This document shows, in pieces, positions 12,311 to 25,200 of a stretch of DNA of 64,000 bases. Made by a program: the position numbers and the translations under genes. This DNA comes from Glaucostegus cemiculus. Taxonomy: Eukaryota. Within the stretch, counting starts at the first letter, position 1; each line of letters opens with the position of its first letter. Under the pieces are notes generated by a model. The model was given only the letters and a program-made list of their open reading frames with translations, was not told where the DNA came from and made no database searches. The stretch covers positions 5,456,001 through 5,520,000 of the forward strand of contig CDPCPM010000025.1 of NCBI GenBank assembly GCA_976551045.1, in the 5' to 3' direction.

Positions 12311-15132
12311 CAAGGTGCTGTACGGTATGTGACAGACAACAGTTTGGCGGATAGAATGAAGAAGCTGTGATTACTCACCTTACTGTAGAAAATGTTAGGA
12401 AGATATCTGACAAGAGTCTTCAAAATCATGATTAGTTTTGACAAAGGAGATGAGACAGAAGTATTTTCACTGGCAGAAGGATTGGTAAGCAAAAGGTTCA
12501 GATTTATGGTGATGGCTAAAGAACATGACATGAAAATTATACTTTTTTTTGCAGAACATTTGTTGTAATTCAATATGCTTCAGAAAGTCAACAAGTGCTA
12601 ATACTGAACCTTAGAAATAAATTAAAAACATAACAAAATGATGGGTTCAAAAGGATTTTAAAAAGGGGGAAGTGGAGAGAAGAGAAAGTGAGGGAGAGAG
12701 TGAGAGAGGGAGAGATATGAAAAGGAATATAAATGAGAGGGAATTCCAGACAGAAGCTAAATGAAGGCTCCGACATGAATGGGAGGAATAAAAGGCCTGC
12801 GACAGATTTTAGCTGACCCAGGGAAGTTAAATCTAACAAATATATTTGATTTGTAAAAAATAAAATATTGGCTTAATAAGAATCAAAGGCCATGCATCAT
12901 TGAATAAAGTAGTAACATTAATTTTCCAGTCTATATGCATTAGAGTTAGGGTTTTCTGAGACCTTGTGCTGTTAATAGCTGCTGACTTCTCTTAACATGA
13001 AATACGCATAATCTTCTATTCATTGAAGTAATTGCACAAGTAATTAAGGACATTCTACTGAAAATGACCATTACATGATAAACACATTGTGTGGCACAGG
13101 GACACAGAAAATTTCACACTCTATTATAATCTGTATTTTTCAGAGCTGATTCTCCAATTTGGCTTTTATAGGGATGAACAGAGTGTTGCACTATAATTTG
13201 GAAATCATAGCCTGACTGTGTCCTATGACCCTTTTGCTGATTTGAATTAAAAATGGAGAATAAGGTCTTTCAGGTTTGTAATTTCTGACAAACAATTTCT
13301 CTGCATTCTGCTCCTCATACAGAATGTCTGACCTGAGAAAGAGATCAACAGTTGCTTTTATGCCAAAAATATCCAATGTGCTTCAGAAATGAATAAATAA
13401 CCTTAGGAAGAAATTAAATGCATGTCCATGAAAAAGAATTTGAGGGAGCAGAGGAAGCAAAAAAGAAGAATATGATTGGGATGGAGTTCCAGTGAGAGAC
13501 CAATTGAAGACTCTACAATGAATGATGGATGGTGAGAGGGATAAACAGATAAGCAGCTAGAGGTTAAGACTGAAGGGTGAGGAATGAGTTATACTGGCTG
13601 GAGGGATCTTTAAAAATAGACTGAGTCAAGACTGCATGATTGAAAGCACTCATCAGAAATGTAAATACAATACATCAGGATGCAGATAGCCTGTTTTTAA
13701 GCAAAGACCTAGGTCATGGCTGAATAAAAATGATTGACAGACAAGAGGTGAATGTGTGAACTTTAACAAAATGAAGATTGTAATGACCAAGCAGTGGTCA
13801 CAAAAATATCCTAATCTACATTATCAAAACAGTATGTGATTTTGAACACATCTATCAAACCTTCACTTAATCTTCTGAAAAATGGTGGAACTGACTCCAA
13901 TTTCACCAGAGAGAAAGGTCTTGGCTCTTTCACAATTTATAGATTTGCAGGGCTGGCAGCAGAGCTTATCCTGATAAACAATGTGAAGTAACAGAATGAT
14001 GTTATGCCTCTTTGATGAAGCAGATGGGCCCAGCAAAAAAAAAACCAGGAGTTTTCATCTTCTTTGGAAGCTGATCAGGAATAGTTGACAAATGATCTCT
14101 TCCTGGACAAATTTTTTGTTGCAATAATTCCTGGCACCTCAGGGTAATTCTCACCAACTTTCACTTAGTAGAAGTTCTGTTAATCTATGAAGTGTGCAAA
14201 AGGATGGAACTCCCAGAGAAGCTGGTCAATCATGTATTGGACTATCCAATACATCCAGACTTTACAAGTGAAAATACTACCCAGACTTTACAAGTGAAAA
14301 TCTCACCAATGACAACTTGTGTAGTTGAATTCAGTAAAGTTGTGCCCGAGTATCAGGAAAAATAATCTTCAAACTGTCACGGAAGACAAACTATAGTCCT
14401 TAAGGAGGCAAGCCTACCACTTTGCACATGTACAAAAAATACACTGCTGGAGAAAATCAGTGAATCAAGCAGCATCTGTGGAGGTAAAGGGATGGTTGAC
14501 AAGTTAGGTTGAGACCTTGTGCAGTTCTGATGACCTGATAAGGAATGAGATATGATCCATAGGAATTTTTGAATGTGAATTATCAGCAAAGATCTACTCA
14601 AACTATTCTGAATTACCCTAATTAGGATAATTTGCATCTTTATCTGCTACTCAATCTACAACATGGAAGTACAAAGACAGATATTATAATGGACAATATG
14701 TAAAGCAATCAATTAGATCTATCACATCGCAAAGAAAACCTCAAACTGGAAATCAGAACCCACATTTAAGTTCAAATTCTGCTGGCTGTTTCAAATCAGA
14801 TAATCTAAATTTTATGCCGAAGGACAAGGATAAGCTTTAAGTGTTAACTGGATGATTAAAACTTGGAATATTTAAACCGTCAAAATGTTATTTATTTCTT
14901 TTCTGGTAGGATCTTACTTCTGCTTAATTAGTCATAAAGGAGAATTAAGTTGTTCTTTGCACAAATACATCAAAATTATTTTTATTTCTGTGATCAAGGT
15001 GAGGAATATCAAAGTAACATTTTATCTTAATTATGTGCTTTATAAAAATTGAAGAAAAGGAAGAAATCTAATAGCAACCTAAATGTCAATACGTATCAAA
15101 GAGATAGTTTATGTTAGCTGAACGGTACTTAC

Positions 15133-15301
15133 TTAAGCTCAGTTTCTTCTTCCACTGGTTCTTGCACGATGCATATACTTGATTCATGCTCCTGAAGTAA
15201 CAGTTCAGGGATAGCCTCACTTCCTTCCTGGGACTTTGATTCTTCAGTGGAAGGTATTGGTTTTGTTGTACTTTTCCAAAGAGAAGGCTGGGAAGTTGCT
15301 G
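15133..15301 (-). CDS. CNGB3: CNGB3 coding exon 3 (AATSQPSLWKST...EPVEEETEL)
   Basis: Acceptor ttttgcag (NAGNAG), 169 nt, donor AA|GTAAGT, phase 1 to 2. Acidic low-complexity N-terminal region; lies within track ORF 15129..15359. Confidence 0.75.
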
Positions 15302-17279
15302 CTGCAAAATACATTACTTTTTGTATTACAGCAAATGTACCCACATATCTGAGAATCATAGTTATATTAGAACATAATTATTTCTTTATAACTGTCTTTC
15401 TCAATTATACTCAATGTATAATTTCATATTTTCAACTATGGTCAGAAATTCTGCAATTACAGTAAACACAGCATATCAGCACTTTATAAATATCATTAAT
15501 TGTTTTAGAGCACCATAATGCATCTTCAAGAATTGCTAAAGGAATTTTTGAGGAGTTATGACAGAGAATGTTTTTGGTAGAATATGGCCATTTAGGATGG
15601 ACAAAAATGCAATATAAACATTCCTCGAATTCATAAAATCAGTGCAGTTCTAAAAATATCTCATAAACACACATGCATTTGGGATCAAATGTACCTTCAT
15701 TTACTGCAAAGTGTTCACACTGGCTATGGGTCTTCCTAGAGTTTTGGAAAAATGTGCATAAATGTTATCATGTAAAGGAATAATCCCAGAGGCCACTGTG
15801 CTGATGGACAGAAATACAAAAAACTGATGAAATGCAGCTGCTGACTGATGTGCATGGCATTCAATCCTTTCTGCAGATAACATTTATGTCTTCTAGTAGC
15901 ATATGGCTCCACCTCAGTTATGTCTGCCTCTAAGCTCCATTGGGCCTTAGAGGCAGACATAAATAGTTGGTGTTGGTGGAGCTGGATGCCTGTTGGCTGT
16001 AAGTTATTTTCTGCACTTAGTAAGGTGAGCTCTCAGTTTGCTTAACAGCTTCAAAATCTGGTTTGTTAGTTGCAAGTCTAGACATACCCATCTCTCCTAA
16101 AATTGGCGAAAGACTCCAGGTAGAAAATTGAAGTAAAAAAAAATTGATCAGCTATGGACAGTGATAAATAATCCTTTCCATTTGATGTTGTGCAGTAATA
16201 CAAACATAATAAATCATAGCTGTTTTAAGACTGAAGTCTTAACATAAATGAATTTGCTCAGTAATACTTTCAGAGCTTCTGAAAACAGATATCTCCTTGT
16301 TGTTATTTCCAGGTGCAATTGAATTCTTAGGCTAACAATTTAATAAATAGTAGAACAGACCTTCCCACAGATCGAAATTTCTCCAACTATATCCCTCGTC
16401 CTGCATGATGGATACCTCCAAGTGTATATCTTTGTTCTTTTGAAATACACCTGCCATTCCACTATAGGTGTATGATCCTTCAGTGACTGTGTGCTTTCTT
16501 TAATGTTCTCTTCCAAAACCAGTGCACCCACCTATCTCTCTTATGAAAAAGCCTTTGCAATATAAAGCCTTAATTCATTTAATCTTTTGCATCTTCTGTG
16601 CATCATTATTCTTTTCCCCTTATTTTCTAGGCTATAAAATTATATGGTTATTATTGTTATTGGGGGCAATGTGGTCGAAAAAGAAGCTCACAATGAAAAC
16701 TTCTGTATAAATTTAAGTGTCTAAATGTGCTCATAGTCATTTTAGCACTGACCCTAGAATTTTAGGTCTCCTTTGAAATGAAATCAAAGTAGATGTAGAG
16801 CATCATTACACTCCCCATATTGAAGCTGGAAATGCACCACTGGACAAGGGCTGGAGGAGTGGAAGATGAAATATTAACAATGTTTAAAAATCTTTTTCTA
16901 TAATCAATGATTTTATAGCTAACATATTTAAGTTAAAATTTTGCATCTTTTATAAAAATGAAATTTTCTTCATATTCCTAGTTAGCGAATAAACAGAATT
17001 TTTTCCAGTTTGGATAAGGTAGAAAATTTGTCAGTCAAGTAAGATGCTTCATATTTTCAGTTAATCTCCTTACTGTGCAATGTACATTGTTATCTACAAT
17101 GAGCGCTTCATCTGAACTTATTTTAATCTAACCTTGAGTAGCATTTCTGCTCTCTCAGGTTCTGTTAAGGCAGCCTTTCAGTTATTCCAAGGAAAATTAA
17201 TTTGCTGGACATATTGGTCTTCAAACATTGTTGTTTACCAGAGGAGAGGTCCTTGTCAAAACTATAGTGAAGGGAAAAT

Positions 17280-17880
17280 AAAACAGCAGTTCAACACAGA
17301 AAAGCACGAGCTGCTATATTTTAGTAGGCACAATGTGATGAGACAATGCAAGTTTAACAGTAAAATTTTAAAAGGGCAGCTTGAAGACCAAGGCCTGGGT
17401 GTTTTTTGTTAATGGGAATGTGGGTTTTATAATTGAGGTTGAAATCAGAGCATAGAGCAAAACCTATATAGATCTTTGGTTTAGTTCTATTGAGGGTATT
17501 GTGCACACTATAAGAAGAAACTGAATGCCTTGGAACAGGGAAAATATATATTGGAGTGCTTCCAAGAATGAGAGATTACTGTTAAGTAGACAGACTGGAA
17601 AAGTTGGGCTGTTTTCCTTACAGTAGGGAAGACCAGGAGGGGATTTGACAGAGGTGTTTAAAATCTTAAAGGGTCAACAATCAGAAGGCACAATTTATAG
17701 TTGTTAATAAAAGAACAAGAATCCTGCAGCATGTGGATGGGACTTGGAAAGGACTGCTTGATATTGTTATAAAAACAAACTCAGCAGTAACCTTCAAAAG
17801 GGAATTGTTGAAAAACTTGAAGGAGAAGATATTTTCAGGGTCTAGGAATAGAGCATAGAGAATGTCTAACTCAATTATTC
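17280..17880 (+). mobile_element. Old CR1 LINE 3' fragment
   Basis: QFNTEKHELLYF-like RT end and gaggtgtttaaaatc motif. Confidence 0.55.
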
Positions 17881-18779
17881 CTTAGGAATTGTCTGGGACT
17901 CCTTGGTCTCCATCTGTACTGTACTATTTTATGATTCTGTGGTGGAGGATTTACCCACAACTGGATCAACTATCTCAATATTTATTCTAACCTTTCATTG
18001 TCTATGGATGGATACTTATACCATTTACTTTTGTGTCTTTTGTTCGTTAAGAGTGATAAACTGTAATTTGCTCTTTCCATGTACACATTTCATTTACATA
18101 CAAATAATTTTTAACTTTCAGTTTAATAACTTCAGATAAATTTGATGATTCGGAGCTCAGCCTCCAAGTTTATGTATTACACAAATCTCATTGTATAATG
18201 CAGCTTGTTGGCCAAGGTTAGACTGATACAGGCTGAAGAGTGGAAATGATGTAGGTTGAACAGGTCTCATTTGTCCTTTAGATTAGCTCCACCCCAGGAG
18301 GAAGCTTTTTGAAATTGACCTGCAACATTGTAGCAGAAATATTGAGAAAACTTTTGGGACAATGATGCAGCCTTGCATTGAGTTTGAGTCTGTTATAGAG
18401 TCCTTGGTTAATATTAAGGCTTGGATGCCATCAGTTAATAAATGCAAAACAAAGACAAAGACAAAGGCAAGCAGCCAGTTTAGTTACTGGACAGTCCTAA
18501 TTGAACAATATAGGCAAAGGCTTCTGCAAAGTCAAAAAATGCCTTGTATAGTGGTGTATAGTTACAGAAACAGGTCTCATTTATATACTTAACTAACATC
18601 TGTGCTATGTTAGGATGAGAAAGAAACAAGTATTCATGGTTTAGTTTGGAATGAAGATGCTAGTTTTTAAACAGATTAATTATTCTGTTAATTTTTCTCT
18701 GAGGATCATTTTATGCTCAACAAGTACTTCTTTAATATTTTTCGCTTGCTTGCATTGAATCAACAGGGACAAAAACATG

Positions 18780-18967
18780 CCGGTTGGCAGGTCAATTGGC
18801 TACTGTAAAATGCTTCTACTGTGTCGGCGAGTGGTACAGTCTGGGGTAGTTGATGAGAATATGGGGAGAATAAAAAAATGGGATTTACATCGGATTAGTG
18901 TAAAGGGGTGGTTGACAATTGGTGTGAATTCAGTGAGCTAAATGGGCTGTTTCTGTGCTGTGTCTCT
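18780..18967 (+). mobile_element. V-SINE 3' half
   Basis: Homologous to the tail of the 4378-4680 element (aattggctactgtaaaatg...gggctgtttctgtgctg). Confidence 0.6.
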
Positions 18968-19174
18968 CTTCAAATCTTTAAATAGCCTATGCATTTTTCT
19001 ATCTCATAAATTTATATATAGCACTTAGTGAATTACATCAAAAGTGATATTTATCTGCACATCTTTATAAAGGAAATATTTTGCATTCTTACTGTATATT
19101 GTTGCTAAATATATTGATGGTATTGATGATTATATCCTTTAAACCATACAAAGTAGATATCGCTCAGTCCTGAC

Positions 19175-19259
19175 CTTGCTCAGTGTTCGTTGGAGCTGTT
19201 TTGACTTCTGTAACTTCTTCTTCAGTCTTCCTGGAATCATTTTCAATTATTTTAGATTC
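19175..19259 (-). CDS. CNGB3: CNGB3 coding exon 2 (ESKIIENDSRKTEEEVTEVKTAPTNTEQ)
   Basis: Pyrimidine-rich acceptor ttcttcttcacag, 85 nt open frame, donor CAAG|GTCAGG. Phase 0 to 1 links exon 1 to exon 3 in frame. Confidence 0.75.
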
Positions 19260-19351
19260 CTGTGAAGAAGAAAATAAACATAACAACTGTGTGCTAGATT
19301 GCTAGAAACGATGATAGAAAGCAGTAGAAAAATAAACGGTGATGCACTAAC

Positions 19352-19453
19352 CAGTTCCATTGACTGCTGGGGTTCCTTCTGAGTTTCAGCATTTTTTGGC
19401 TCTGGCTGTTTTGGTGTCACTTTTCTAAGTCCAAACCATAGTTTATGAAACAT
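19352..19453 (-). CDS. CNGB3: CNGB3 coding exon 1 (MFHKLWFGLRKVTPKQPEPKNAETQKEPQQSMEL)
   Basis: ATG at 19453, 34 codons, phase-0 donor CTG|GTTAGT. N-terminus resembles recalled human CNGB3 MFKSLTKVNKVKP. Confidence 0.8.
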
Positions 19454-19529
19454 TTTGTGGCAATGTGCTTGCAGCACCAACAATATAGATGCACCTTCCT
19501 GAGTCAGTGTAAAGAAATCAAATGAGATT

Positions 19530-19615
19530 TTCAGTCTAATCATGGCTTACTCTGGATTAAATTCTGCCAGACCCAATTCTTACAGCGAGATTCCCAGTAT
19601 AAAAGATTAGTCATG
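19530..19615 (-). promoter_or_regulatory. Putative CNGB3 proximal promoter with clustered CRX/OTX (K50 homeodomain) sites
   Basis: CTAATCA 19536-42, GGCTTA 19544-49, GGATTA 19554-59 and AGATTAG 19604-10, about 80-160 nt upstream of the ATG. Confidence 0.6.
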
Positions 19616-20269
19616 GTTTATAATAGAAGCCACTTTCCAACCATGGATCTCATCCCCACCCCTATAAAGACAAAATATTCAAATCACAACCAGGTATTGT
19701 TAAATCTAATGTAACATTACAATATTATATATTAGGCAAAACAGTCAGGTTCTTGGACACATGAAGGAGAAGCAACACTGAACTTGAGAGTATCGAAGAT
19801 ATTTGTAACTGTAAGTTTCAATAGATTCTGGTCCAGATTTTCAAGAAAATGGCAAACAAATTTGCCCAACCAACTCCTGGACTCTGTGGTATGGATTTCC
19901 ACTTTTCCATTGTGAGTTGCTGTGCCTGTGTAGGCCACTATGTTTGGAAAGACATATAATTAACTCCTGGTTGACCAGCAATGACTAACGTTGATCTAAC
20001 ATTGACCCAGCATCCCATGAGAGACCAAGAGACCTACTTAAAGCAATTTTAAAAAAGCAGGCTATGAGCTGAAGAAATTTCGAGAATAGACCTTGTCAAT
20101 CCTAAAAAAAAGATTAATCCAAGAATACAAGTTACATCATCTGTTCTAACCACAAACTCTTTTGCAGTCTGTGTCTATAGAACATCTGTAGAATTAAACC
20201 AAATGACCTTCCTTCTTCCTTCAGTTCCTCATTTCCTCCTTCCTTCCCTCCATCCTTCCATTTGTCCAC

Positions 20270-21330
20270 AATTTTTTGTGCCAAGGAGTTCCAGAGACTC
20301 ACAAGCCTCTGAGAAAGGAATTTCTTCCATATCTCAGTGATAAAGATGCACTTCTTTATTCTGAAACAGGGTCCTTCATTCTAGATTTTCCCATGGGACA
20401 AAACATTCTCTCAGCATTTACCCAACCTAGCTCCACAAGGATCTTCTAAAATGATCTACCCTCCTTCTAAACTGCAATGAGTAGAGTCACAACCTGTATA
20501 ACCTTTCCTCATAAGTCAGTCTCGCCAAAGCATTTTTATGAATGTTCTCTGAATTGCCTACTATCTTTCCTTAAACAGGGGTCCAAAATTGTTTACAGGA
20601 CTTTAGACATGGTCTCAGTAGCACCTTGTACAGCTGCCATAAGAGTTCTTTATTTTTATACTCCAACTCTGTTGATACAAGGGCCAACACTCCAATTAGC
20701 CTTTTCTATTACCTGCTGCAGTTGTGTGCTGCTTTTCTGTGTTTTGTGTACATAGGCCCCCCAAACCTCTTTATGCTGCAGCTTTCTGTAGTATTTCTCA
20801 TTTAAAAAATATTCTGCTGTTTTGTATTCCCTTACAAAATGAATACATTCCCCCATATTATGCTACACTTCCGAACTTCTTAAGAACTGACTTAATTTAC
20901 CAATGCCTGTGTAAATTGTATCCTACTCACAACTCACATTCCCACCTATTTTTGTGTAGTCTGCAAAATTGGCCACCTTCGCTTCATTCCTCCAAGTAAT
21001 TTATATATCACCACTGATTCTTGCATTATCCCACTGGATACAGGTTACGAACCTGAAAATGAACCCCTTATCCCTACTTGCTGCTTCCTGCCTTTTAGCC
21101 AATCCTCTATCCTCCATCTCCGTGGGCCCTTATCTTGTCACTTAACCTTTTGTGAGTTATCTTGTTGAATGCTTTCTGCAAGTCTGATACATCTGCTGGT
21201 TTCCTTCTACCACTTTGGTCGAGATTTCCTCAGGATTCATTAATAAATTTGTGAAACACTATTTCCCTTTCATGAAACCATGCTGATTCCTCTTGATTAA
21301 ATTATAACTTTCAAAATGTACCGCTGTTAC
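20270..21330 (-). mobile_element. Old CR1 LINE fragment
   Basis: Decayed RT and 3' motifs on the minus strand (cagcatggtttcatgaaaggg). Confidence 0.6.
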
Positions 21331-21429
21331 TTTCTTAATAACTTATTCTAATACTTTTTTTGAATAGGGGTGTAACTATAATTGGCTTTAATGCCATTTC
21401 TTAAGAAGAGCAAAAATCAATCAGGATTC

Positions 21430-22615
21430 CATAGAACATAGAACATAGAAAAACTACAGCACAATTCAGGCCCTTCGGTCCACAAAGCTTACCCATAGCC
21501 CTCTATTTTACTTAGCTCCATGTACCTATCTAACAGTCTCTTGAAAGACCGTATTGTATCTGCCTCCACCACTGCTTCCGGCAGCCCATTCCACGCACTC
21601 ACTACTCTCTGAGTAAAAAACTTACCCCTGACATCTCTATATCTACTCCCCAGCACCTTAAACCTATGTCCTCTTGTGGCCACCATTTCAGCCCTGGGGA
21701 AAAGCCTCTGACTATCTACCCGATCAATACCTCTCATCATCTTATATACCTTTATCAGGTCCCCCCATCCTCCATCTCTCCAAGGAGAAAAGACCGAGTT
21801 TCTGCAACCTGCATTCATAAAGCATGCTCCGCATTCCAGGCAGCATCCTTGTAAACCTCCTCTGCACCCTCTCTGTGGCTTCCACATCTTTCCTGTAGTG
21901 AGGCGACCAGAACTGAACACAATACTCCAAGTGGGGTCTGACTAGGGACCTATATAACTGAAGCAATACCTCTCAGCTCCTAAATTCAATCCTGTGACTG
22001 ATGAAGGACAATACACCATATGCCTTCTTAACGACAGAGTCAACCTGCGCAGCCACCTTGAGTGTCCTATGGACCTGGACCCCAAGATCCCTCTGATCCT
22101 CCACACTGCCAAGAGTCTTACCATTAATACTATATTCTGCCAACATATTCAACCTACCAAAATGAACCACTTCACACTTATCTGGGTTGAACTGCATCTG
22201 CCACTTCTCAGCCCAACTCTGCATCCTGTCTATGTCCCTCTGTAACCTCTGACAGCCCTCCAAACTATCCACAACACCACCAACCTTCGTGTCATCCGCA
22301 AACTTACTAACCCACCCCTCTATTTCCTCATCCAGGTCGTTTATAAAAATCACAAAGAGTAAGGGTCCCAGTACAGACCCCTGAGGCACACCACTGGTCA
22401 CCGACCTCCACTCAGAATACGAACCTTCAACAACCACTCTTTGCCGTCTGTGGGCCAGCTAGTTCTGGATCCACACTGCAACATCCCCTTGGATCCCATG
22501 TCTCCTCACCTTCTCCATAAGCCTCGCAAGGGGCACCTTATTAAATGCCTTGCTGAAATCCATATACACTACATCTCTCCCTTCATCGATGTGCTTAGTC
22601 ACATCCTCAAAAAAT
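21430..22615 (-). mobile_element. CR1 LINE, 5'-truncated, young
   Basis: ORFs 21973..22437 (SGVPQGSVLGP, FADDTK) and 21742..21966; (CATAGAA)n tail at 21430. Confidence 0.95.
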
Positions 22616-22749
22616 GTCTGATTGGTCTCCAATTACTGCTAGAAATGCAAAGGCACGAGTGCTTGGTTATGACCAGAATAGACTAAAGTTTGGTATTTCA
22701 AAACTCAGATTGCCTGATGACACAGTTTGGGATCAAAAGTGAAAGCTCT

Positions 22750-24243
22750 CAACTATGTAATAGTAGGGGATTTTAACTCTCCACATATTGACTGGGACTC
22801 CCATACAGTGAAAGGGCTGGATGGCTTGGAGTTTGTCAACTGTGTTCAGGAAGAATTTCTAAATCAATATATAGAGGTACCAATGAGAGAGAATGCAATA
22901 CTTGATCTCCTATTAGGGAACCAGACAGGTCGGATGACAGAAGTATGTGTAGGTGAACATCTTGGGTCCAGTGACCATAATGTCATTAGTTTCAAGTTAA
23001 TTATGGATAAAGATAGGTCTGGTCCCGGAGTTAAGGTTCTAAATTGGAGAAAGGCCAATTTTGTGGAAGTGAGAAAGGATCTAGGAAGAGTGGATTAGGA
23101 TAAGTTGTTTTCTGGCAAGGATGTGTTCAGTAAGTGGAAGGCCTTCAAAGGCAAAATTTTGAGAGTGCAGTGTTTGCATGTTCCTGCCAGGATTGAAGGC
23201 AAAGCTAACAGGCATAGGGAACCTTGGGTCCGTATATGCTTGCTGCCTTACAGCAAATAAGGGTAGATAAAACCCCCAGGCCTGACAAGATATTTCCTTG
23301 GATCTTGAGAAAGACTAGTGTAGAAAATGCAGGGGCCCTGACTGATATATTTAAAATGTCCTTAGCCACGGGTGCAGTGCCGGAGGACTAGAGGGTAGCT
23401 CATGTTTCCATTGTTTAAAAAAGGTTCTAAAAGTAAACCAGGTAATTACAGGCCAGTGAGCCTGACCTCAGTAGTAGGTAAATTATTGGAAGGTGTTTTG
23501 AGAGATTGAGTATATAGATATTTGGACAGCCAAGGGCTGATTAAGGATAGTCAGCATGGCTGTGGATGTTGTCTACATGGACTTTAGTAAGGCCTTTGAC
23601 AAGGTCCCACATGGGAGGTTAGTTCAGAAGGTTCAGACACTAGGTATCCATGGAAAGGTTGTAAACTGGATTCAAAATTGGCTGTGTGAGAGAAGAAAGA
23701 GAGTGGTAATGGATGATTGTTTCTCAGACTGGAGGCCTGTGACTAGTGGTGTGCCTCAGGGATCTGTGCTGGGGCCATTGTTGTTTGTTGTCTATATCAA
23801 TGAGCTGGATGATAATGTAGTAAATTGGATCAGCAAGTTTGCTGATGACGCTAAGATTGGAGGCATTGTGGACAGTGAGGAAGGCTTTCAAAGCTTGCAG
23901 AGGGATCTGGACCAACTGGAAAAATGGGCCAGAAAATGGCAGATGGAATTTAATGCAGACAAGTGTGAGGTATTGCACCTTGGAAGGACAAATCAAGAGA
24001 GAACATCAGGGGGAGCTTTTTCACTCAGAGTGGTGGGAGAGTGGAATGAGCTGCCATCTGATGTGGTAAATGTGGGCTCTCTCTTAAGTTTTAAGAATAA
24101 ATTGGATAGATACATGGATGGGAGAGGTCTGGATGGTTATGGACTGGGTGAAGGTCAATGGGACTAGCAGAATAAAGTTTTGGCACAGACTAGAAGGGCT
24201 GAATGGCCTGTTTTCTGTGCTTAGTGTTCTATGGTTCTATGGT
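22750..24243 (+). mobile_element. CR1 LINE ORF2, internally deleted
   Basis: Endonuclease (GDFN, SDH) in ORF 22727..23098, RT in ORF 23556..24167, tail gttctatggttctatgg. Confidence 0.95.
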
Positions 24244-24374
24244 TTCTTAGGCAAGACACTTAGTATCAAATGTTAAGACCTTCAGAAAGTTGAAATAAAC
24301 TGAACATTTGAAATTGTGAGATTATTGAAATCATACTTCTTAAATGCATCTTATAATGGACGACACGCAAAATG

Positions 24375-25200
24375 GAAGAGTTGTGAACAGTGAAGAGGGT
24401 CATCAAAGGATATAGCAGGATGTAGATCAGTTGGAAATATGGGCAAAAAAATGGCAGATGGAGTTTAATTCAGACAAGTGTGAGGTGTTGCAATTTGGAA
24501 GGTCAAATGTAAGAGGAAAGTATACAGTAAATGGCAGGACCTTTGGGAGCATTGATGTACAGAGGGATCTTGGGATGCAAGTCCATAGCTCTCTGAAGGG
24601 GTAACACAAATAGACAGGGGGTACTAAAGAAGGCATACAGCATACATGCCTTTATTGGATGTATATTTGGAGTATTGTGTGCAGGTCTGGTGGCTGCATT
24701 ATAGGAAGGGTGTGGAGGCTTTGGACAGGATGCAAAAGAGGTTCAGCAGAAAGTTGCCTGGATTGGAGAGTATTAGCTATAAGGAGAGTTGGACAAACTT
24801 GGATTGTTTCCTCTAGAGTTTTGGAGGCTGAGGGGTGATAGGAGTATATAAAATTATGGGAGGCAGAGATAGGGTAGATAGAATCATTTTACCATGGTGG
24901 AAATATCAAATACTGGAGGGCATAGCTTTGTGAGAGAGGGAAAGTTTAAAGGAGATCTGCTGGGCAAGTTTTTTTTAAACACAGAGAGTGGTAGTTGCTG
25001 GAACACACTACTAGGGGACGTGCTGGAAGCACATATTGTGGCAATAAGAGGCATTGAGACAGCCACATGAGCAGGCATGGGTTGGAGTGATGTAGACGAT
25101 GGGCAGGTGGATGGGATTAGTATAATTGGCAGTATAGTCAGCACAGATATTGTGAGCCAAAGGGCCTGTTCCTGTGTTGTTCTGTTCAATGTTAGGTGTT
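24375..25200 (+). mobile_element. CR1 LINE 3' fragment
   Basis: WAKKWQMEFNSDKCEV motif and 3' UTR gggcctgttcctgtgttg. Confidence 0.85.

Noticed and set aside
14255-14301. 21-nt direct repeat (period 26), and a similar 18-nt duplication at about 32294-32330
   Set aside because: Two-copy slippage duplications with no further structure.
19454-19543. Upstream in-frame ATG extending CNGB3 by 30 aa
   Set aside because: It overlaps the presumed promoter motifs, and similarity to CNGB3 begins at MFHK.
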